Source: Oopsacas minuta
Taxonomy: Eukaryota; Animalia; Porifera
DNA length: 64,000 bases
Reading direction: 5' to 3'
Assembly: GCA_024704765.1 (NCBI GenBank)
Contig: JAKMXF010000300.1
Coordinates: forward strand, 124,001 to 188,000
Below, one piece after another: positions 53,191 to 61,461 of the stretch. Within the stretch, counting starts at the first letter, position 1, and each line of letters starts with the position of its first letter. The notes beneath the pieces are model-generated. The model was not told where the DNA came from, did no database searches, and was given only the letters and a program-made list of their open reading frames with translations. A program made the translations under genes and the position numbers.

Positions 53191-54963
53191 ATGGAATTGG
53201 CTCCTAACGAGGTTATTATTAGCCCAGCGGATTATCTGAATACATATTCTTTTACAGGAGGTGAACATGAGTTCACTGGCTTTTCATTTTCACAAACAGA
53301 ACCATCTCAAACAAGCTCAAAACCTAGCAAATTGCAGCACAAAAATTCTATTTATACTAATGATAATTTTCCTTGGAAATATCTTCCAATGATAAATGTA
53401 GAGTTTTTGGTTTCATCTTATGCAAGAGTTAAATCAATTGAATTAATACAAAGAATGTTATCTTCACGTCATCTCGATAAACAACAGAAATTTGTAATAG
53501 AAAACACTATAATTTCTCCTCTTTATATCGATTCTCGTTATACTGTTTCAAATATATTACTGAGGCATCTCTTAACAGTATTAATAGTCTTGGCAACGTG
53601 GTTGTTCAATTTCTATCTCTTTCTAACTGTACTGTCTTTGACATCTTTATACCTTATTCAACAAATATTCAAACAACAATTTGATCTCATTTTTCGAATA
53701 AACCGTACATTCACAAAGGTATATGAAGAATTAAATAATTTTGAAAAACTGGTAGATGAATTATCGATTGCTTTAAAACTTCTAAAACAAATACAAATTG
53801 TAGAAAAGGCAACTTTTAATGTGAGAACTATTCCACAGAATAAAACATACAATCTAACTAAACTCAAACATTTTATGACAGATCTCTACTCAAGTATGTT
53901 TTTTGATTTACAAAATAAAACATTTTCACTACCAATACAAGATCTTCATTTCCATTCAGACGAATTGATTTGCACGATTGAAAGAGACGAAATATATAAC
54001 AGAGTATACGATGAAGTTCCTGTTAATGTCCCTGAATTATCCGTCACAAAAATGAGTTTAGATTCGTTTAATATTTGGCATTGTCTTTTGACTTGTCAGT
54101 ATGGAGAGTATTTTCAGATACTTGTTGGAATTATTGATCGTAATTTGCAATTTCAATACTCGCTGAAGTGGCTGACACAAGAAATGGAAATTATTCAGAA
54201 GTTTGATGTCCCCAATTTTAATGCAACTCTCAATTCTCTCTCAAATTTAATTTCTTTTGTTAAGTTGGATTTATTCGCTCTAAATTTGAAAGACAGAAAT
54301 ATTTCAAAAGAATTTTGTCCTAGAAAAGAAAGCAAAATTGATAGTTTGGATAAGATTGATTATATTCTACAATGCTGTATTCTGAAAATTAGAAACTTAA
54401 AAGAATTGGATAATAACGATTCTGTTCCTGAATTTAGATGTTTGAAATTCAGTTTAGAGAATGCTATTGAAGGTATTGAAACGATCGGAAAACTCTCTTC
54501 TTCAATTTCTACACAACTCAATACAACCATTGATGAAATTGAAGTTAATATCCCTCATAATATTAATGAGAGAGAAATAATCATTCCTAAATCAAATCCT
54601 CTTGAAGTACCTGCAAGTGACGAAATTATCTTTGAAGGTGTTTCGCATGATAAAGCAGATATAAATAAAAATAATATATTTCTCGAGAAAGAAGAATATA
54701 TCAATACAGGTGCTGCACGTACTGTTTTGAAAGAGCTAAAATGTGTGTTAGCTAATAAACAAATATTAAAAACAGATGAAAATCAAACTAAGAGCAATAC
54801 TTCTCCAATAAAGGAAGTTATACCTGATACCAGTTGTATTGCGAAAATTCAATCTTTTCAACCTAATGCTGCACAAAACTTGTTGAATTTCGCGATTCTA
54901 AATTCCTCACAAAATTTGAAATTATCCCAGACTGTGATTGGCGATAATTCTGATTCTGATTAA
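53191..54963 (+). CDS. Vezatin-like membrane protein, intronless (~590 aa from ATG 53191)
   Basis: Paired hydrophobic segments followed by ALKLLKQIQIVEKA; EIIFEG, VLKELKCVL and C-terminal TVIGD resemble vezatin from memory; divergent. Confidence 0.55.
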   Translation: MELAPNEVIISPADYLNTYSFTGGEHEFTGFSFSQTEPSQTSSKPSKLQHKNSIYTNDNFPWKYLPMINVEFLVSSYARVKSIELIQRMLSSRHLDKQQKFVIENTIISPLYIDSRYTVSNILLRHLLTVLIVLATWLFNFYLFLTVLSLTSLYLIQQIFKQQFDLIFRINRTFTKVYEELNNFEKLVDELSIALKLLKQIQIVEKATFNVRTIPQNKTYNLTKLKHFMTDLYSSMFFDLQNKTFSLPIQDLHFHSDELICTIERDEIYNRVYDEVPVNVPELSVTKMSLDSFNIWHCLLTCQYGEYFQILVGIIDRNLQFQYSLKWLTQEMEIIQKFDVPNFNATLNSLSNLISFVKLDLFALNLKDRNISKEFCPRKESKIDSLDKIDYILQCCILKIRNLKELDNNDSVPEFRCLKFSLENAIEGIETIGKLSSSISTQLNTTIDEIEVNIPHNINEREIIIPKSNPLEVPASDEIIFEGVSHDKADINKNNIFLEKEEYINTGAARTVLKELKCVLANKQILKTDENQTKSNTSPIKEVIPDTSCIAKIQSFQPNAAQNLLNFAILNSSQNLKLSQTVIGDNSDSD

Positions 54964-55280
54964 TGTAAACTTAATGTATTTCTCAATCTGTATTTTCAGT
55001 TTTAATTCTCTGTCCCAAATATTTCTACTGTCTGAGGTTAATAGACTACGCTTATCTACTTAGAATAACATATAAATCCCCGCTCCAACAAAGTGAGGAA
55101 TACCTCAAAATGGCTTCGAACAACATCCAAGCAGATAAACTATTGCTTAAATACTTTAATAGCACATAGGGAACCACTTTTCATAACTCTGCCAATTGCC
55201 CAGTTCCCCAGGGAAGAATCATTAATATACCAAAATAATTTATAAATAATACAACTATGGATACAAATGAAATATATACT

Positions 55281-56087
55281 TTACTCAGAATTGATCCAAT
55301 CTAAATCCATTTTCAACCCTTCTAGACTTAAGTAAATTCCTGCTATACTTGCGTAATGCATTAATGTGTGTGAATTTATGAAGTAGATAATTTTTCCGTT
55401 TATCGGTAGATTCTTCTCTGATGCATTAGACACATTAATAAGCGCACCTGCTGCGAAAATACATTCTGCCTGAATCAAGTACCAGAATGAATTATTAGCT
55501 CCACCAGACCAAGCGAATAACCGTAACGAATGAAATAAAATTCTGTAGATATATTGTATGGCTAATCCAATGATACGCTCTACTTTTGTATCAGAATATA
55601 ATGTCTTCCATAACAAGTAGAACGATAGAATCAAATGTATTATGATTAGAGTATTAGCCAAAGTAGGAAAATATATTAATGGGATATATATTGCAGGGAT
55701 TATACCGAAACATGCCACCCAATATATTCCGAATATATCAAAGCGGAGTAATGTGTTATAAGTCGTGAATCCAGAATTGTGACACATGAATAGATGGTAT
55801 GTGACACTGAGAAGAAATGGTAGACAACTCCCTTGCCAGAATATGATATAGAGTGTCATAGATGTTGGATCATCTAGATCGACACCAGGTTGAAATATAC
55901 ACGAAAAAAAGTAAATAAACGCTATTACATGACTGTAGATATTGACTGATTCATTATGGAGGTATAGCAGACTCTTGATACAAGACATTGTGCTACAAAC
56001 AGGTCTATATCCATAACGTATGTATCTATTGAATTGGAGATAACTTGGTTGAGCTGTTATTGAGGTTAATCCTCTTATATTCTGCAT
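55281..56087 (-). CDS. Progestin/adipoQ receptor family member (PAQR4-like), intronless, 268 aa
   Basis: YLQFNRYIRYGYR, LHNESVNIYSH, YHLFMCH, RFDIFGI, SHTLMH (HlyIII/PAQR zinc-binding histidines). Confidence 0.9.
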   Translation of the reverse strand: MQNIRGLTSITAQPSYLQFNRYIRYGYRPVCSTMSCIKSLLYLHNESVNIYSHVIAFIYFFSCIFQPGVDLDDPTSMTLYIIFWQGSCLPFLLSVTYHLFMCHNSGFTTYNTLLRFDIFGIYWVACFGIIPAIYIPLIYFPTLANTLIIIHLILSFYLLWKTLYSDTKVERIIGLAIQYIYRILFHSLRLFAWSGGANNSFWYLIQAECIFAAGALINVSNASEKNLPINGKIIYFINSHTLMHYASIAGIYLSLEGLKMDLDWINSE

Positions 56088-56558
56088 TGTAACAGCTAAG
56101 AAATAAAGAATTTAATAATTTATATTTTCGCTAATATTTAGTAGAGTTCGCAAGGGTCCCGAATAAACTGGCCATAAATTTCGAAATAATTTCCTCTCAT
56201 CCCTTTCGTAACGTCTGTTCTAACCCAGGGCATTGGGTTAGAACAGCCGCACTACTACACTGGGACGTATCAAGAAATCTCAGAGTGATGAGGCAGGGTG
56301 AATGTTTCCCTCAATACAATGACGATTATTTGGGATGAGGATACGGGTAAATAGGAGGGAATTGCCTCTTCTGCTTACTACGTGAAATGACATAGAATAT
56401 AGGGAGTTATTGCATGTACTGAATTCCTGAAAATATGAATCACACAACGATTGAACGCCCTAAGTTCACTCCAGTTCAAATTCTTTATTGTAGCTATTTT
56501 TAGCCAGATGCATAAGCTAAATTTAGTTACGTTAGTCATATGATACAACTTGTAAAAA

Positions 56559-56735
56559 CAGTCAACTCCCGTTACATCGAAGCTCAAGAGACCGGCTAAT
56601 TGCTTCGATAATACCGATGTAATTTATGTTACTTTGACAGTTCACGACAATTTTGGGGACATATTTGTACAGTTTCAGGCTTCGATATAAGCTGGTATCT
56701 CGATTTACCCGTGTTCGATGTAAAGAAGTTGACTA
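56559..56735. mobile_element. MITE family A copy
   Basis: cagtcaactcccgttacatcgaagctcaagagacc ... gtgttcgatgtaaagaagttgact. Confidence 0.85.
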
Positions 56736-56953
56736 TGTAAACTGTCTATGCTGTTTCTATTTCTAAGTTTATCCATCAGTTATCAACACCAAATTGTAAT
56801 CTTAGTTTGGAATTGAGCATCAAAATCCTATCACTTCCATCACAAGTCAAAGTTTATACATCGTCACGCATATATCATATACATTTTCATAACTCACATA
56901 TTCTAAGCTTCTAGGTATTATTAGCGCTTCATTTACAATCTTAGATTGTTCAA

Positions 56954-57142
56954 CTGCGCATGCTCATTTTGAAGCTCTAGCCTATATAAGGTTCATATTT
57001 CATTTCATACAATACTTTTAGTTTTTATATTAGATTCAATTTTGTAAGTTAGCTATTCCCATTCTCCATCACTAATCCAGTAAGTATTTGTGATTTATTT
57101 ATTGAAAATGTTGACTGGTTTGTTTATTTGTGGTTTTTCTAG
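56954..57142 (+). promoter_or_regulatory. Putative EF1A core promoter and 5'UTR intron
   Basis: CTGCGCATGCT (NRF1-like) at ~56954, TATATAAG at 56983-56990, pyrimidine tract ~57055-57070, donor GTAAGT at 57080 and acceptor at 57141-57142, two bases before the ATG. Confidence 0.5.
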
Positions 57143-57144
57143 GT

Positions 57145-59458
57145 ATGTCTGAGAAAGAGAAAGAGAAAACACACATCAACATTGTCGTAATCGGTCATGT
57201 AGATTCTGGGAAATCTACCACCACTGGACATCTCATCTACAAATGTGGAGGAATTGACAAACGAACAATCGACAAATTCGAGAAGGAAGCTAACGAGGTA
57301 AATGAATTATTTCTCCGTATTTTATTATGATTATTGGCATTATAATAATATTATTCTAGATGGGAAAAGGTTCATTCAAATACGCTTGGGTTTTGGACAA
57401 ATTGAAAGCAGAACGAGAGCGAGGAATCACTATTGATATTGCTCTCTGGAAATTTCAAACTCCCAAGTTTTTCGTAACGGTTATCGACGCACCTGGTCAC
57501 AGAGACTTCATCAAAAATATGATTACTGGTACATCACAGGTAAGTTTTATTTATTCAATACACAATATATATATATATATGTATCATTTATGAAACTTTA
57601 TGGAACTGATTTCTAGGCTGATTGTGGTGTTCTTGTTGTCCCTGCTGGCAAAGGTGAATTTGAGACTTCAATTTCAGATCATGGACAAACACGTGAACAC
57701 GCTCTTCTCGCTTATACCCTGGGCGTGAAACAGCTAATTGTTGCAGTTAACAAGATGGACACTTGTGAATACGGCCAGGTACTACTATCTTATGAACAAA
57801 TACAAGTTGTAAAAAATTATAAGGACGAGCAGCTTCGCTTGCTCGTCCTATGCTGCTTGCGAACACAGTATTCGCATATTACTCGACACTTCATGCCTTG
57901 ATGTTTTATAAGAACTATTATTTATACATGACTTGAAATAGCGAAATTCGGAATCAGAGTACTTGATTACCCCGTATCTCCATTGAAACAAAGTTTCTGC
58001 AACTATTTAGAAATTTGTTTACTTTATATTCATCAAAACAAATAAAATTGATAATAGTTATGACATCTCAGAATTGTGAAATTCGAATTCAATACAGCCT
58101 TCCATAAATCCTTTCCTTGACAACGGACAACAGACAAAAATAATATATTAATCTTAAAATTTTACGAATTATATCATTCTAGGCGCGATTTGAAGAAATC
58201 ACAAAAGAAGTTTCTGGCTACTTGAAGAAGATTGGATTCAATCCGATGTCAGTTGCATTTGTTCCCATTTCTGGATTCAAAGGAGATAACATGGTTGATG
58301 CAAGTGAGAATATGAAATGGTACAAAGGCTGGAATGTTGAAAAAAAAGGAGGCAAAAAAGTAAGTGATTATTGATTTAGGACAACTAGTCCTTACTATAT
58401 TGTTACTACAGTAAAACACGGGAAACGAAAATCAGTGCGTCTTAACCGAATTATATGTTATCCGAATATTATTCGTATACAATTAGTACAATAATTGATA
58501 ATCCATTTTGGAGAAAATTACTTAAGTACTAACCGAGTTTTACTCTATCTAGTAATATATTCGTTGGCACGAATATATTTTACTATTTATTTTTAGTTAA
58601 AGGGTATAACACTATTGGAGGCCTTGGATTCGATCGAACCTCCATCACGTCCATTCGACAAACCTTTGAGGCTCCCTTTACAAGATGTCTACAAGATTGG
58701 TGGTATTGGTACAGTACCTGTAGGTCGTATTGAGACTGGTATAATGAAGCCTGGATTAATTGTTACTTTTGCTCCTATGATGTTGACGACTGAGGTTAAA
58801 TCTGTTGAGATGCATCACGAGAGTCTTGCTGAAGCTGCTCCAGGTGATAATGTAGGATTCAATGTGAAGAACGTGTCAGTTAAAGAATTGAAGAGAGGAT
58901 CTGTTGCCGGAGACAGTAAAAATTGCCCTCCTAAACAATGTAATTCTTTCCTCTCTCAAGTGAGTACATACGCTATTTTCAAAGATTTCATTGTTGGATT
59001 CAAATATTTAATACTTTTCATTAGGTCATTGTATTAAATCATCCCGGACAAATTCATGCTGGCTACACACCAGTTCTAGACTGTCACACGGCACATATTG
59101 CTTGCAAGTTCAAAGAGCTCGAGAGCAAGATCGACAGGAGAAGTGGAAAGAAATTGGAGGATAACCCTACTTCCTTGAAGACTGGAGACTCAGCACTGAT
59201 ACAGATGGTCCCCCAAAAACCTATGGTTGTAGAATCATTTTCTGAATTTCCTCCTCTCGGTAAGTTAATAATAATCATAAATATTGCAATTTGTTAGTAT
59301 ATTTTAAGAGTTTTCATATACTTTCGTTAGGTCGCTTTGCTGTACGAGACATGAAACAGACTGTGGCTGTTGGAGTGGTCAAGAGTGTCGATTTCAAAGA
59401 AGGTGTTACTGGAACTACGACAAAAGCGGGAGTGAAGGCAGGCAAGAAGAAGAAATAG
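57145..59458 (+). CDS. EEF1A: Elongation factor 1-alpha, 7 coding exons: 57145-57297, 57360-57539, 57617-57778, 58183-58359, 58597-58959, 59025-59259, 59331-59458; 465 aa
   Basis: [46 protein letters not shown]; in frame (1398 nt); opisthokont insertion [11 protein letters not shown]. Confidence 0.97.
57822..58140. mobile_element. Helitron/Helentron-like non-autonomous insert in EF1A intron 3
   Basis: Terminal hairpin AGGACGAGCA/TGCTCGTCCT (57822-57849) around GCTTCGCT; far end carries ggacaacagacaaaaa; the intron is much longer than its neighbours. Confidence 0.45.
58409..58545. mobile_element. MITE family B copy in EF1A intron 4
   Basis: ta|cagtaaaacacgg ... gtactaaccgagttttactc|ta; reverse-complement homology to 11930-12040. 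Confidence 0.7.
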
Positions 59459-59648
59459 CAACAGAATTTAGTATTATTAGACTCTAGGCTCAAATTGTTA
59501 GTTTCCCCCGGAAGGGTGTTTAGGTTGTTATTTTGTTCTAGGATTCTGATTTTAGCAACTAGTATTACAAGACTTAGAAAGTTAGATTTCTACCTGTATA
59601 GTAAATGAATAGATTATTTTCAATTATGTTATTCAAATTCTTTGTACA

Positions 59649-59810
59649 CAGTAACCACGACAAACCTGGACTGTGGAAAAGGGAACTTCTGGAACGAAGT
59701 GAAAAATTAGAGCGAATTCATTTTCACATAGTAGTGAACCTTGAGAAACGGGGGTGAACAGGACAGCATTTTTCGGCGTGCATGCCATCTCGTTTGTGGA
59801 TGTTAGTCAC
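59649..59810. mobile_element. Diverged MITE family D copy
   Basis: Shares acaaac.tgg..tgtggaa..gggaact, gtgaaaaa, agcgaattc, agcatttt(t)cggcgt and tttgtgga with 21060-21210. Confidence 0.65.
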
Positions 59811-60053
59811 GTTACACTATTTGGATTTGTTGGTCTGGTGGCGAACCTGGTTAACGGCCACCTGTCAGTACATAGCGGCTTTTTTGCATAGTCGCTTGTC
59901 TGATTTTCATCATAGCCAACCTGTGAATATTGATTATATTGGTCCATTGCTTATCCGTGTACAATAACGAATTTATTAGTTGCTTCGTTCCAATGATTGT
60001 TGTATTCACCTCTAATATCTTAATTGATTACATCATTCATCGATTATCTAGCT

Positions 60054-61136
60054 ATGCTATTATTGACGAATATCGCGATACAAACCTTTGTCAACAACCG
60101 CGTGCTGGCATTCTCTTCCGTATTAAGCCTCTGTTCTTGTTGCTTCACTACTTGGAGTATAGCCCTACGCACTATTTTCTTCTTTTCACCTAAACTGCAT
60201 GAGATAACAACTCGTACAATTATCTCCTCCTATATAGTAATACAAATGTTCCCGTTATGCACTATGAATGGTGTCAAGCTTATAATCACTGGTGATAAAT
60301 TGCCTGAAAACCCCGAACGTGTACTTTATATTACAAATCACCAGTCCTGGATAGATTGGCTGTTAATTGAAATGTTTGCAGTAAAATCTAACGCATCTGG
60401 TTTAACTTCTTACATCATAAAAAATTCTATAAAATACATCCCATATTACGGACTACAGTTGTATTTGAATGGTTGCGTGTATATCCGGCGAAATAGACAA
60501 CAAGATGCGGTTCTAATGGGTAGATTTTCAAGGTGGCTTGAAGGGAAAGTTTATAATTATTGGATAGTATTATTTCCTGAAGGGACAAGATTTGATAGAA
60601 ATAATATTACAATGATTGAAAAGAGTAAACAGATAGCAGTTCAAAAAGGCTATGCACCACTTAATAATGTACTTTTTCCAAAACCTGGAGGCTTCCAGAT
60701 TCTCACTCAATCTCTTGGCCATTATTTTGAGGCGATTTATGACGTCACAATTGCATATCCGAATGGAGACAACAGGATTCCGAATTTTATTGAATTTGCA
60801 AGAGGAGACATAACAGTTATTCACATGCATATAAACCGTGTTCCGTTTAACCAAATAGCTGGTAAGATTGAGAACGAAGAAATGCTCCATGATTGGCTAT
60901 ATAATACATATAAAGAGAAGGATAATCGTTTAGAACAATTTTATGAGACAGGACAACTTGCTAATACTCCAAGTGAAGAATACAGGCTTAGTTACAAGTA
61001 TACATTTCCAACAGTCTGTTTCTATCTGTTATTTTGTCTACCTTTGCTGCTCACTACGCGTGGGAGAGGATTTTGGTGGAAGTTAAGTGTAATCTATGTT
61101 TTTGGAGGAACTTTGATTTCATCAATTTTCCTTTAG
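60054..61136 (+). CDS. AGPAT5: 1-acyl-sn-glycerol-3-phosphate acyltransferase epsilon-like, intronless
   Basis: NHQSWIDW, WIVLFPEGTRF, VLFPKPGGF, AIYDVTIAY; first ATG at 60054. Confidence 0.8.
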   Translation: MLLLTNIAIQTFVNNRVLAFSSVLSLCSCCFTTWSIALRTIFFFSPKLHEITTRTIISSYIVIQMFPLCTMNGVKLIITGDKLPENPERVLYITNHQSWIDWLLIEMFAVKSNASGLTSYIIKNSIKYIPYYGLQLYLNGCVYIRRNRQQDAVLMGRFSRWLEGKVYNYWIVLFPEGTRFDRNNITMIEKSKQIAVQKGYAPLNNVLFPKPGGFQILTQSLGHYFEAIYDVTIAYPNGDNRIPNFIEFARGDITVIHMHINRVPFNQIAGKIENEEMLHDWLYNTYKEKDNRLEQFYETGQLANTPSEEYRLSYKYTFPTVCFYLLFCLPLLLTTRGRGFWWKLSVIYVFGGTLISSIFL

Positions 61137-61253
61137 CAGTACAACTATTTATCATTTCAGATTTATTTCGTCAAATGTTAGTTCGATCATAATTTTTTTC
61201 CTTTCTGATTAGTTACAAGTTTCTTTGTTGATAAATTTTGTATTTAACTACTA

Positions 61254-61424
61254 CACTAAACTCCTGCTATATCAAAGCTAAAGAACTGCGAATATTACTT
61301 TAATATATGCGAGTTCGATATTTATGTTATTTTTGACGGTTTGGGACCATATCTGCTCAGTTTCAGAGTTTGATATAAACGGGTATTTTGATATATCCGT
61401 GTTCGATATAATGGGAGTTGACTG
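61254..61424. mobile_element. MITE family A copy ending 37 bp upstream of the DHTKD1 ATG
   Basis: ta|cactaaactcctgctatatcaaagctaaaga ... gtgttcgatataatgggagttgactg. Confidence 0.8.
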
Positions 61425-61461
61425 AATTTGTAATTTTATTTTTAAGTTTGTTTTAAGCCAA

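Noticed and set aside
59832-59885. tRNA-5'-half-like string GGTCTGGTGGCGAACCTGGTTAACGGC followed by a T-run
   Set aside because: No B-box/T-arm and no complementary acceptor strand; it adjoins a MITE copy. tRNAscan-SE would settle it.
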